NCBI GenBank assembly: GCA_030295235.1
Contig: AP026164.1
Span: 62,001-126,000 of the forward strand
DNA: 64,000 nt
Source: Fistulifera solaris
Taxonomy: Eukaryota
Reading direction: 5' to 3'
The notes below the pieces were generated by a model. It was given only the letters and a program-made list of their open reading frames with translations, searched no databases and was not told the origin of the DNA. Positions 34,491 to 46,713 of the stretch are shown piece by piece. Numbering within the stretch: the stretch's first letter is position 1; each line of letters starts with the position of its first letter. Made by a program: the position numbers and the translations under genes.

Positions 34491-35368
34491 AGAAATCGAA
34501 ATATCATGACTTACGGCTTCATAGTAGTCGTAGCGACAGAAGACAAAGAGGAGAAGGGAGAATAGGGCCTATGTTTTTGGTCGAGCAAGGCATTCAGGGT
34601 CAGACGTCGCGATGTCCCCCCTGCAAGGAAGACAGGCATGCTGGATGCCGGCTGCAGGTTGCACAACAGTACCAGGTAAAGAGAGCAAAAGACTGCGCAA
34701 TGCGCTGTGGGCGTGGCCGTGGCGCCTGATTTTAAGCGTCCATTAAGCCATTCGGGCTTGTTCTTTTTAAGAACGGACATTCAAAATTCAAACATTGAAC
34801 ACTCTCCTTGTTGCTTGTTGGGTCTGCGGCCTGGTCCCTGGTCATCAATTGTCTGTCAATCGTCAGACGTGAGGAGTCGTCGGGGTGGATCGACTCCTCT
34901 AAACCAAACGGATCGTCCCTAAACGTTATCTTGTCTTCTTCGGCCTTTAGAGACTTGACTATGAAGCTATATCTTGAAAAGCGTAATGTCGCTTGACTAT
35001 GATCCTCGAGTTGTCAATGAAGCAAACCGCAGCCTCGAGCCGCAGACCACCGTGGTAATGGTTATTCTTTTGTAGCTACTCAGTAAAAAAAGTAAATCGA
35101 GTCACGAGTCACTAGCAAAAACAAATTCAGTTGAGCGAGTCGTCAGTCGTTAGTCATGCAGGAGCGTTCACAGAGTTGCAACGCAGAAATCTAACAATCG
35201 AACTGATTGCAAATGCTTTCATTGAAATCGGTTCATTCGGGCTACTAGTTGCGATTTGCAATCAATTTCTTTGTTCGATGTGTTGGTAGAGAAAGCTGAC
35301 GCTAGACGAAATATCTTTCATATTTAACTTAACAAAAGACACTATCATCATCCCAACAACAAAAACGC

Positions 35369-36648
35369 TCATCTTGGCGCGAAGAAACGACTCATCGAAT
35401 CCACACCAAATTGCGAACAATGATTCAATAATATCTCTGCTTCATCGATGGTAAGTTGGCCACTGCGGAACGCCTCTAAAATTTCAGTGGAGGACAACGG
35501 CTGATCGCGACGCTCATGGAGATCGGCTGGGAGAAAAGGACCACGCGCCGATGCAGACAGCCCCCGGTTGTCAGCCTGAAATCGGGGTATCGAACGTAAA
35601 TCCAGCACCGGGGCCAGTGCTAATGCGGCTGCGGAGTTCGAAAGAAAATTATTGGATCTCAGTAGTGCGTCCGCCTGCATTTGAGAACGATTCTGTAAAA
35701 CAGAGGCAAGAAGGGCTTCTTCATTCTGTTGTGCCACGAGCTGCTGTGCAAGTAAGCTTCGTCGTCCCGCCATTCTACTGGTCATGTTACTCGAAACAAG
35801 GTCCGCAAGCTGATTGCGCTGTTGAAGAAGAAGACTTATAGGTTCCGAAAGTGTGGCACCAAGAGTATGAAGTAGACTGTTTCTGTCCAGATCAGCAGCA
35901 GCAGAATAAGAATTGAAGACGGCTGCCTCTCTTGCTGCTATTAAATGTGAAATAACGCCTTCCTGCGGAGCGTCTTGGGCTACAGTTGGTGACGAGGCTT
36001 TTGATTCCTCAATCATAGTGTCCGGCACTGCAGGAGCAGCTGCTACCGGATCATTCTCTCGATCGCTTTTCTTCGATTGCTTTCGTGGCTTTTTTAGCTG
36101 CAGGTTTCGAATCTTTCGGAGGACCTAAAATTTTGATGAGTTCCGGCTCGCCAGACTTGAATAGGGCATGTTGGTAGACGAAAGCATTGATCGGAAACTC
36201 GTCCTCCAGTATGACGCGCTCAAAGCCCCAGCGCAGTAGCCGGCGGAGAAAAGACTCGAAACGGCAGTTCTGAAACTCTTTGGCGTTAAGTGATGTTTCA
36301 TAGAACATTTTTGGCTCGATTCGAAAGCTTTGGCCATTTTTACTCCAGTGTATAGCTTCGCGATAATCTGGGTTGTTCAGCACTTCCCAGAGCTTTTCAA
36401 TAAACGACGGGCTTTTGTCACTGGTTTTACGAGGGCGTTTTGTGGAAGCGCGGTCGTCATTTGATGAGTGTTTTTCTGGTGCTAACGTTTCATCGCCTAT
36501 CATCGGAGCAACAAACCTTGTTAGTGTAAAGGCTTTGCAGGAAATGTTATAACATCGCCGCACACGAACCTTTGTCGGGGACCTCAGTGCCCTTCTCTGT
36601 TGTATTTGATTCCCTTTGATTAGTAGCATCGACAGTGTTTGGTTCCAT
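35369..36648 (-). CDS. Heat-shock-factor-type transcription factor
   Basis: HSF DNA-binding domain 'SFIEKLWEVLNNPDYREAIHWSKNGQSFRI...FESFLRRLLRWGFERV...YQHALF'. Exon 1 from ATG 36648, phase-1 intron 36497-36569; apparent frameshift near 36060 into a low-complexity C-terminus. Confidence 0.85.
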
Positions 36649-38655
36649 ATTGCAAATAAGCATCGCTCGTTCGAATTACCAATCGTTTCTGGTCTTCGAT
36701 GTGCGTCAAATGGCAACTTTTGAGCATAACTTTCCGGTTTGTCCTAGAAACACGTTGTCCTTCACGTTAAAGCCATGGATGACCGTCAACAAAGAAGCGA
36801 ACAGCGAAAAGGAGACATCTGACGTCCGAAGACTTTTGTCACGACATCTTTACGAATAAAAGGAGGGAAAACCTTATTAATCTGTATACAGTTTTGACAC
36901 AAGTTTCTATGCACTCTTCCCTGTCTCAAATTTCTGGTCACGTACCAAATGCCCGGAGATTGACAACAAGGGGCTGTAAGTCTTATCACGCGGGTCTTAG
37001 TGGAAGGGCGAAGTGATGCTAGGGAAAGTGCAGTGGCTATGGTGGTAAAAGTACAGATGGGAGGGTTAAATTCAGCAACTGTCACCTCGTCACCTCTCAT
37101 GTCTCATGTGTTACCATTAGTATCCATGACGGGGGGCTGGTTCTTTCAGATAAGGTATCGTACCGGTACTGAAACCAGTGAGTTTGTGGTCAGTAGTCAG
37201 TCTACTTTCATTGTACAAGGGGTACCAGGCAAATTGGGTGGCAGCAAAGAATGAACGACGCCTGTACCCTGTACAGCTTCAACAATTTCAACGGGGACAA
37301 AGTTGCTTTACTCTTTGACTGTCTCTAACCTCTAGTATCCTGTGAAGGTAGCAGTACACGCTTACTCCCAGCTCCACTTTCTTCTTCTCGCTTCCTAGAT
37401 CCGAGAAGCCGAAAGCCAAGAAGCGAGAAGATCAATACTTAGAAGTGAAGACAAAACAGAGCTGGGAAACGTTAAGTATCAGGTAAGGTCATCGCTTGAT
37501 CGTGGAGTGTCGGATGATGAACATGATAAAAGTCTTTACACTTTGAAGTTTGACAAATCAAATGACTGCATAAAGCATCCAATTCAGGAGAAAACTTTGT
37601 AGCTCCCCATTTCGGTGCAGAAAGTACCGGGACTGGCCCTCTACTAGCGCACTAAGGCTAGGGAGTTAGAACCAAAGCTTACTCATTGAAGTGTCAGACT
37701 GAAATATATGTGAATGAAAAGTGGAAAATTCAGTCGAATGTCAAGATTAGATTCTGACGATTAAAAAATTAGGAATAAAATATATATGTGGTTCTTTACC
37801 TCATGTCGTACCCTCTGGCCTCTGGCACTGGCAATTCTTACTGTAGGAGTAGACTAGCTATTCATTCGCTAATTCGCTTTTCGCTTCCGTTAGCATACCT
37901 GGTACAAAATACAAAAGCACAAGTGGTCTTCTGATTTAAGACTAATCCATGGCCAAAAGGTTATTTAGGACTAAGTGGCTCTCTCTAGACTCTAAAGACA
38001 AGGGAAGAGCTCTTGCTAGAGAGGTCAAAGTATTGCGGTTCAGGATTGAGCTTCTGCTATTGCAACACGTGCGTTGCTCTGTTGCTCTGCTGTTAAGCTT
38101 TGAGACTCTTGACTCTACAAGAGAGTCTCAGGCGACTCCATAATCTGTATCCTTATCTTTCACCTGATTCTCAAAATCAATCTAATTTCTCATCAGCCCC
38201 CATTCTCTTCGTAATTGTATGCCTTTGACCACCAATGTACGGACTGCGGACACTTACTCTAGGGATCATTCTCTCCATCCTGTACATGACCACTGTAGTC
38301 TAGGTTGGCCAAGAGCTAAGAGAGGAAGACTATCACACTAACTCCGTACGATCGGTAAAATCCTTTATTCGTTTAGAGCCTTGTGTTTTCGTTTTTACGG
38401 ATTGCAAAGTAATTGCTAATTTCTCGTTGATCAAATAATTTGAAGTTACGAGGTGCAAATTCTCATTTTTGGTCACAACAAAACTTCTTCCTTCTTCCTC
38501 ATTCTTTCCACGGCGGACCATTTGTAGTAGTACAAACACATCGTAAAATTAATCCTTACATAGTCACACCCGTTTCCCACACAAATATTAAGATGACGCT
38601 CTGCTTACAACGTTTTGTTCTCAAATTTTCATTGCTGTCAAGTGTTCACCCTCGT

Positions 38656-39799
38656 CTAATCTAGCGTAATATCCATTTTGACACCTTCCATCGTACCGGC
38701 TTTGCTGGTATCTCGATTGACACATTTTCGATACAATTCTTGAAACGCGTCGAGGTTGTCCGTGGTGGTCAATGCGTCTAAGCGAGTCATGTCTTCCTTG
38801 GACAAAACAAAGTCAAAGACTTGCGCATTCTCTATCATACGCGATTTCTTCACACTCTTGGGAATATAAACGAACCCTTTCTGAATGCACCATCGTCCAA
38901 GTATTTGCGCTACGGTCTTGTTGGGGTAGTGACTCGCCACGTCTAGCAAGACGTCATTCTCCATTTGCTTGCCATCCCGCAGACTTCGGTAGGACTGCAT
39001 GACAACACCTTCCTGCTGAAACTTCTGTATGGTGTTCATACGATACAGAAATGGATTGATCTCGATCTGGTTGACAGCCGGAAGATCCATGATGCCTGCT
39101 TCCTTTAACTCAAGATAATCTTCCCAAGCGTAATTCGAGACACCGATATTTTTTATTTTCCCCGCTGCTTTAAGTTCAACCAGCTTCTTGTAAGCCTCCA
39201 CGTGATGCTGAGGGACCGGCCAATGAATGAGGTACAAATCAAGATAGTCCGTTTGTAGATCTCGGAGTGTTTTCTCTAGCTGCGCTGCCACAGCATCGGG
39301 TCCTTTCTCAATCGTTGTCGTCCAGACTTTACTGACGAGGAAGAGATCTTTTCGATTCACACCCGCATCTTGAATCGCCAAGCCAACTTGGTCTTCATTG
39401 CCGTAAAACTCAGCGCATTCTAAAAGGCGATAACCTACATCCAAAGCATCCTTGACGCATTCTCGTGCGCTTCGTTGAGGAGCACTTTCCGTAGCAGCGG
39501 CTGTCGCAGAGGCAGGGACGAAACCGACTTTGTAGGTCCCAAAACCGATTGCTGGATGGGCAGTTCCATCGCGAAGAAAAAAAAGAAGGACTTTCGATCG
39601 CAGAAGAGGACATGCTTTGATGAAGTAGCCAATTTTGTCGCTTATACAAAGGATTGAGAGTACGATACGTCAATTCTCCGACTTTTCTTGTAGTTGCAAC
39701 TGTACGGCTGGGCGTTAGCAATGCGCGAACCAGAAACGCTCTCATAGAGAAAAGGAAAAGAACCAAAATTGATTGTTTAGAGCAAGTAGTTCTCTTCAT
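38656..39799 (-). CDS. Aldo-keto reductase (2,5-DKG reductase/AKR5-like); 5' end frameshifted and uncertain
   Basis: 'GYRLLECAEFYGNE', 'VSKVW', 'LYLIHWP', 'IGVSNY', 'NQIEINP', 'IPKSVKKSRMIEN'. Confidence 0.9.
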
Positions 39800-40373
39800 G
39801 GCCTAACGCCGAAAGTAATGGAAGATCTGCTTTTCGTTGTGTTTTGTGATATTGCGAAGAAAGCAATGCGATAGCGTCGATCGTTCTTTCAGTGCCGGGA
39901 CTCGAGTAGATTGAGTCGGATTGCGTTGTCTTCGGGGTTTACCAGGTACAAGTACAAAGTACGTACTACTACTACTTTGTAAATACTAAAAGGACTACGG
40001 GATACCAGGGTACTTGTACGGGAAGTCATGCTGTCAGATAACCGTGACTGCGTTTTAGTCATGAACTGTGATTCGTTTCGATCCAGACTTCTGACCTCTA
40101 AAAAACATGGATTACTTGGCTTGATCTCTGCTCAAATTAGTGGGAAGTAACTACCGGGTAAGGTGATGCTAACGGTAGGACTCCTCAATACATTGATTCA
40201 TTGGAGTCGAAGTTCACTTTGACCTAGTTTGTAATTTTCATCTATATCATCTACATCTACAACAATACCAGGTACGACACAAAAAGTCCACAATCATGTT
40301 CTGAAATCACCGACCGTCATTTCGATCAAACGTCCCACAAATTGTCTATAAACTTTGTGGAAAACTCAACATC

Positions 40374-41681
40374 TCACGTATCCATGCAACTATCGCCACT
40401 CGTGTCGTGTTGACTCATCCAAAGGCACGTCTGCTTGTCGAATGATGTCGTGACGATGAAGTTTTGTCCACTACTGCAAAGTGCCCGAATGGGCTGTGTG
40501 TGCGGGATAGTCAGTCGTTCGACCAACTGACTGCTGGCCACATCCCAAACACACAATGCTGCCTGGTCTTGCGTATTGCTCACGACGTAGCTGTCGTTCG
40601 CCCAGATTATTTTCGGCGTACTGAATCCATCGGCCGTATGGCCATATAAATTTCGAACAATCCCACCTTCCAGATTCAGAATGATGTTCCGATTGGCATC
40701 GGTGGCGGCTGCCAAGTATTGTTGATTAGGTGATAGTTGTAGATCCATGATGGTAAAGGACACGTGATAGTCGTGATTTCCGCTACTATCGGCATTCAAA
40801 TTGACTTGTTTTTCCGGTTCGAATGTGTTTTCATTGAAGTATTGCAGAAAAGGCGTACCGCGAACGTGGCAAATGAATCTGTGATTGGGGAGAAAGAGAC
40901 ACGTCTCAACAGGGTCATTCCAATGCAACGATGTAACAAACTGCACATTCATTGTAGGTTCGAAAGCGGTAGGTGGCGTGATTTTGTAGATGTGAATTGA
41001 TCCGTTTGCCGAAGCAGTTGCTAAAGTAGGCTCGTGGCATGACCAAGCCAAACTTTTAACGTATTTGTTGTGAGGCTTGGGCAACACGACGACGTTGTCG
41101 TTACTTTGTGGCTCCGCTGCTGCCGCTTTCGAATCGACCAGATAGACATTTCCATCCATACAGGCTGCCGCAACAATATTCTTGGCCACCATTGAGAACG
41201 CAACACACATAACCGGCGTTCCTAACGAATAGCGAGCCGCCGATCGCACCGTTTCCTCGGCACTGGACGTATACACCGATCCCCAACGTACGAGTGACAA
41301 GACTCCATCCGCTCCACCAGTCGCCAAGATGGTATAATCTGCATTTAAAGAACAGCAAAGCGGATTACTCAGGCCATGTAAATTGTTCAAAACGATTGCC
41401 GGCGTACTCGGGTAGGTTCCGTCGCCTGCTTTTACAAACGCCATTTGAGCGGTCTGATTCTTGTTGATGCCTGTTTGTTGTTGACCCAAAGCGAGTTGAC
41501 TAAAATTAGGTAATGCGGTTTCCTTTCGAAACATTTCAATTTCCGCCTTAAGTGATTCATTCTCAATTTGTAAAACTTTAACTCGTGCCGTCAATTCTTT
41601 CACTCGCTGCTGTAAGACAGCATTCTCGGCACGAGTTGCCGTTAACTGATCAGCCTGACCGATATCACCTAACAAATCCAT
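40374..41681 (-). CDS. WD40-repeat protein with N-terminal coiled coil
   Basis: 'ILATGGADGVLSLVRW', 'HNKYVKSLAWS...LATASANGSIHIY', 'LYGHTAD', 'LCVWD', 'TTSFDKQTCLW'; heptad-rich N-terminus. Confidence 0.85.
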   Translation of the reverse strand: MDLLGDIGQADQLTATRAENAVLQQRVKELTARVKVLQIENESLKAEIEMFRKETALPNFSQLALGQQQTGINKNQTAQMAFVKAGDGTYPSTPAIVLNNLHGLSNPLCCSLNADYTILATGGADGVLSLVRWGSVYTSSAEETVRSAARYSLGTPVMCVAFSMVAKNIVAAACMDGNVYLVDSKAAAAEPQSNDNVVVLPKPHNKYVKSLAWSCHEPTLATASANGSIHIYKITPPTAFEPTMNVQFVTSLHWNDPVETCLFLPNHRFICHVRGTPFLQYFNENTFEPEKQVNLNADSSGNHDYHVSFTIMDLQLSPNQQYLAAATDANRNIILNLEGGIVRNLYGHTADGFSTPKIIWANDSYVVSNTQDQAALCVWDVASSQLVERLTIPHTQPIRALCSSGQNFIVTTSFDKQTCLWMSQHDTSGDSCMDT

Positions 41682-42067
41682 TTCTTTGCTCTGCTTCTGC
41701 CTGCACCTATAAATGAAACTGCTCTTCTAATAAATCATCAAGCAACAAAGTGAACTACCGGGTATTGAAGCACTCTGGAAAGCAAGTGAACCGAATTGGC
41801 AAAAGTGCACTATTGATAAAAACGATGCGCGTTTTTATTGTCGGTGATTGCTGATTGCACTATACAGTGGCAGTCTTGTATGCTAGTGACTCGGAGTTGA
41901 GTTCGATAACAACGACGCCAGACACGAAAGAACCGATATAGTACGAAGATCGGTGGTTCTGTAATGTGATCGGACTTGTATCTGAATGCCAAAATATGAA
42001 AAAAAAAACAATTGTATGGACTTTGTGACTACGCAAGTTTTTATGTTGTTGTGAAAAGGAGTTTTCA

Positions 42068-42598
42068 TCAATCCACGACGCGCTCATCCACCAATGCCAA
42101 GACTCGCGCCCAATTTTGATCCGGTTGCGTCTGTTTGTGCGCAAACATTGATACCTCCTCGTTTATTTTTGTTATGTTTAGAAAAGGATGCCTGCGTTTA
42201 CTTTTGTGATAGTGCTCGACTATAGATCTCACAATGGTAGGAGTGTGGTCTCTTCTATAAGATCCACTTTCCAAGCCTCGGCAGTTGTACTGAGAGAGTC
42301 CTTCAACTAGTATCTGTGATATGTGATTTTCCAATTGGGGCGGCTCAATAGTTTTTGTAAGCGCCGCTTCTCTGTCTACAACTGCATTTTCGGATCGGCG
42401 CAATCTTCTCTTGATGAGTTCACATTCGTGAAGATACATTTTGACCGTATCTTTCGTTCTAAAACGATGACATTCCTTAATCTGTAGCTCCAGATACTCT
42501 TTTGATGACAAAGAAGACTGTGATTGTGGGTCACTCGGAGGAAGTTGATGGATAACGATTGTGTTATCGAAATGAACCCTCGGTCGTCGAGTTATCAT
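42068..42598 (-). CDS. Hypothetical protein (diatom-type 'V.F...RGLE' family)
   Basis: 177-aa ORF with N-terminal 'RVHFDNTIVIH', central 'CRGLE' and C-terminal 'ARVLALVDE', a pattern common in diatom hypothetical proteins. Confidence 0.55.
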   Translation of the reverse strand: MITRRPRVHFDNTIVIHQLPPSDPQSQSSLSSKEYLELQIKECHRFRTKDTVKMYLHECELIKRRLRRSENAVVDREAALTKTIEPPQLENHISQILVEGLSQYNCRGLESGSYRRDHTPTIVRSIVEHYHKSKRRHPFLNITKINEEVSMFAHKQTQPDQNWARVLALVDERVVD

Positions 42599-43070
42599 CA
42601 AAGGACTTATGGGGAGAAAGAAAGTGTTCCTTTAACGCTGCTCGCTTGATCTCCGGTGGTGAGATTTCACGAGAGAGAGCATTTTGACTCAATTTTTGGT
42701 AAGTAGACGAGAAAGATTTTCGAAATGATGATGCAAAATGATAAATGATTTAGATTTGGTTGTGTGGATTCTGCGATGATTATTACGGAGTATGTTTCAG
42801 ATTTTTTGGATCCATTTTGATAACGGTACGATAGGAATTTTAACGTCACTATAGTTCGGAGTGTGCTTAAGCTTTGCCCACGATTGGATTGTAGTCATGA
42901 GACAGACATTGACGTTTTCCTTTTGCTAAGGGACCTGCCACGTAATTATCGCTAAAAAGAATTGATAAATTTGTGTTTTCTTTTCAGTGGCAGCTCTGAT
43001 TACTTCTGTAATTGACAATGTAGAGAGAATCTTGCAGCGGACAAGTAGGGAAAAGAGTAAATCAAGTAAA

Positions 43071-44423
43071 TCAGACCTCTTCTGCGTAGTCCGAAGCAAG
43101 CTCGAAAGCAATCACAAAAAAATTGAAGCCGCCCTTTGTAATCTCAAGTTTGATCGGAACTCTACCTTGGGATAAAGACACATTTGGTATATCAACAGAA
43201 ACCCATGAGAACCAACTTTCAGTGGTTGGAAGCGAGTCAAACGTTCCATAGACTTCTTGTGTTTGCGGGTTGACTACTTGGAAGGAACCCCATCCTTCTG
43301 GACTGGCGATATAAAACTGCAAGATGTAGATCCCTGAGGACACCACATTTAACGTATACTCAATCCAGTCACCGGGATCAAGACTTCCAATGTTGCCATT
43401 GTTTGGATCCACTTCAACCCCATTCGTATTCGTATAGTCTTTGGCTGGAACAAGATAATGATTATCTTCACTATCGCCCGTAGCTGAATCGATAAAATTG
43501 AGACCAAGGAATTCCAAATTAAAGCCTCCTTGCAAAACGAATATTTCCATATTGTGAGTTTCTGCATCGAAGTATGCTTCCCCGACCAAAACCGTTGTCC
43601 ATTCTTCCCAGCTCGATGTAGTGGGTAACGTGAGAATTATCCCAAAAACTTGTCCTGTTTGCCGATGCGTTATAGCGAATGACCCAACATCTTCTGGATT
43701 CGAAACTCTGGCGTAGATTTCATATTTTCCCGATTGCGGCAAAGTTAGATTAAAGAATAGCTCATCGCCGGAGAAAATGTAATCCAGATTGAGGGTCCCT
43801 TCCGATGATTCTGCTAATTCAACCCCAACGTGCCCCCGGTCGAAATTCTTGGCAAACACCATGTAGTCATACGTTACGAAAGCCTCCACCAAAGTGAAAT
43901 TCATACTTAAAAGATTCCACCCACTTTGAAGAGAATTTACGCGCAGGGTTGTAGAGCCTTTTCGTAGAGCAACCAAGCCTGCATCCATTGTTTCCCAATT
44001 CTGCCATCCTTGTGTATTGGCTACCCCCGAAAATACTTTATAGACTTCGCTAGTCCCTTGATTCACCAAATCAAAGGCACCCTCTCCTGTTTTACTTGCA
44101 GTTCGTATGGTCATGTTGAAAAGTCCTGCAGTCGACAAGGCCATGTCGAAGGAGACCCAATGTCCCTGTTGCATCCAACCTACATCGAAACCACCTTCAG
44201 ACGATGGTTCTAATAGGATACCGTAGTAGTCGCACAATTCCGCGGATGTAATAGTTACGGTGTCACCAACGTTGAGAGGTGTTGTGGAAATAGGAAGGCT
44301 ACCACACTCGATTGGCTCGGGCACAGTACCATTTTGGCGCCAAAAATCATCGTCTTGCGTTTGTGCCTGAATTGCATTTGCGTTCGTTCCGAGCACGACG
44401 ACGACCAACAACAAAGAAAGCAT
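43071..44423 (-). CDS. Secreted protein with three CBM6-like carbohydrate-binding modules
   Basis: Signal peptide. Three modules with 'VGWMQQGHWVSF', 'LDYIFSGDELFF' and 'IGSLDPGDWIEY', each with RxAS/IAS, T.gW..W.T and G(W/F)N motifs. No catalytic domain seen. Confidence 0.82.
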   Translation of the reverse strand: MLSLLLVVVVLGTNANAIQAQTQDDDFWRQNGTVPEPIECGSLPISTTPLNVGDTVTITSAELCDYYGILLEPSSEGGFDVGWMQQGHWVSFDMALSTAGLFNMTIRTASKTGEGAFDLVNQGTSEVYKVFSGVANTQGWQNWETMDAGLVALRKGSTTLRVNSLQSGWNLLSMNFTLVEAFVTYDYMVFAKNFDRGHVGVELAESSEGTLNLDYIFSGDELFFNLTLPQSGKYEIYARVSNPEDVGSFAITHRQTGQVFGIILTLPTTSSWEEWTTVLVGEAYFDAETHNMEIFVLQGGFNLEFLGLNFIDSATGDSEDNHYLVPAKDYTNTNGVEVDPNNGNIGSLDPGDWIEYTLNVVSSGIYILQFYIASPEGWGSFQVVNPQTQEVYGTFDSLPTTESWFSWVSVDIPNVSLSQGRVPIKLEITKGGFNFFVIAFELASDYAEEV

Positions 44424-44915
44424 GCTTCAACAACGTGGTGGATGAATCGGAGGGTCGCCGTCTTTTCTTTTGTTTCAAAAAAAATACAGTATGTGTTTGG
44501 TTGGCATATATATCATCGGCTTCTTTATTTCTCTGCGGCTTTGAATTATTCGAAGTCTTTGTGAGGACTTCATTCGAAGTTCGAAGTACAGAAAAGATGA
44601 CATGAAGTGTTACTCCGTGACATAAAAAAGAGTACACAGCTTTCGACATTTTTCTGGTAACCTTATTGCATCCGCATTGGCGTGTCGCAGAAAAGAAGCA
44701 CAACCAAAAAGCCCAACACGAAATCTACTTCGACGGCTCGACCGTTTTTGGTGGATAGCTGAAGGCAGCGCCTAGCAAACTTGAATGAAGCTTGTTACTG
44801 CATTCTTGTTTCTTGTTTTGTCAATCCGTTGGTTTGTCGTCCCATAGCAAGAAAATACTTTGTACTAACATTAGCAACGCACGTCATGCACGAAAGTGAC
44901 CATGTTCGATCTGAT

Positions 44916-46191
44916 TTAAAGATTACTCTTGCCCACCAGCAACGACGGGTGACGCGTCACGACGCTAGATACTGGAATAGCTGCAATATGATCCACTCCA
45001 CACAGCGCCATACATGATTTAATTTCATTCTTCAACAGTTGTAACATTTGTTCCACTGCAGCTCGTCCCCCAAAGGCCAGACTAAAGAAAACCGGTTTCC
45101 CGATACCAACGGCAGTGGCACCCAAGGCAAGCGCCTTGACTACGTCGCTTCCGTGTCGAACACCTCCATCCAAAAAGATAGGGACTTGGTGTCCAATGGC
45201 CCCGACAACTTCCGGCAGGACATCAATTGCAGCCAGGCATCCATCCACTTGTCGCCCTCCGTGATTTGAGACCATCACAGCATCAGCACCCGCTTCCACG
45301 GCCAAAATCGCATCCTCTTGCGTCATAATTCCCTTGATAATGAGAGGAATCTGGGGCGGTAATTTTTCTTTGAGCCAACGCACATCCCTCCACGAAATCT
45401 GTGTGTCGAGCAATTGTTCCGAGTTTTGATCCCATGCCGAGTGTGTTTGTCCATTGTAGATAGCTTTTTTGCCCGAGTTTATGTTATTATCGCGTGTATG
45501 ATCATCGTCGTAATGTACTAAGCGATGCGGGGCAGGTAGAGCATTGAATCCGTTGCGTGCATCGGCAGGCCGATATCCAAATCTTACCGAATCGACCGTC
45601 AAAAGATGCCTAGACGTTCGTAAGCGTAAGAGGTGAGGCTCTAAAAGAGTCACTGTATCTATTATCCAGCAGAGCAAGCATACCTTGATATCCGGCCTGT
45701 AAAGCTCGTTCAATCAATCGCCAGGTCCATTCTCGGTCGTTCAATATGTAGGATTGATAAAAGCGCAAACACTGCGGTGCAGCCGCGGCGACCTCTTCGA
45801 TCGACTTTGTAGCATGTTGTGACAATCCGTACAGAATACCGGCTTTCTCACAAGCGCGTGCGACGGCACATTCACCCTCTTGGTGCATCAGAGCTTGTAC
45901 GCCGGCGGGCGAAACAAACACAGGCATACTCAGTGTGTGACGCTGCTGCTGCCACGGTAAAACGACGCGTGTGTCAATAGCCGCAGCGAGAGAACGCAAA
46001 ACACGTGGTCGCAAATACCAGCGCTTCCACGCATTTCGGTTTTCATTTAACGTTTGCTCATCATCAGCTCCGCTAGATACATAATCGTACAGGTCTTTTG
46101 GAAGTTGTTGTTGCGCCAACAATTGAAAGTCATTTACGCAGACGGGACGGTCGATCGTCTTGATTGTGTGTTTCGTGCCTTCTCGTAGCAT
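44916..46191 (-). CDS. Peroxisomal FMN-dependent (S)-2-hydroxy-acid (glycolate) oxidase
   Basis: 'YDYVSSGADDEQTL', 'LRPRVL', 'LTVD', 'IIKGIM', 'VSNHGGRQVD', 'DGGVRHGSDVVKALALGA'; PTS1-like C-terminal SNL. Intron 45610-45683. Confidence 0.9.
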
Positions 46192-46713
46192 ATCAATGAT
46201 TTTATTGTAGCAGAAGATTGTCAATGAAACAAAATTATTTTGGTCCGCGTCGCTTGTTGGCGGTGCAAAAGATCTTTGGTAGAAAATGATGTCACGAGGT
46301 CGATGGTCGATCACGAGCTTACTCGTCAGTCCCGCAAAATTCGGGCGACCGCGTGTCGATGGGCTGAACTCCTCATGACTAAAATGCAGTCGCGACGAAA
46401 GGTCGCTTACACTTTGTACTATAGTGAAATCGAAATGGAATTTAGGCAAGGCATTTTGAACAATTAGTTGCCGCAAAGAAATGAAAAATGACAGACTTCT
46501 CGAGTTTCTCCGTTTTGCCGCTTTATTGAATCGCGAAATATGATATCAAGACTTGTCCGCACTCCGATCTAGTTGCGAATGATACAAAAAATTGAGTGTT
46601 AGCGGCGGAATCGAGGACGCCGCTTTCACTGGTTTCGAATCTCACAATGAAACGCGTGCTAGTCATGTGGTCCTAATGAATAGAGATAAGTATCGTCGAA
46701 ACAATGAGTGGTA

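Noticed and set aside
38101..38130. 9-bp stem hairpin tgagactct...agagtctca
   Set aside because: Short, single occurrence in a low-complexity CT/AG-rich stretch; could arise by chance.
15469..39799. Two aldo-keto reductases as a metabolic gene cluster
   Set aside because: They belong to different AKR subtypes, are 22 kb apart and are separated by unrelated housekeeping and signalling genes.
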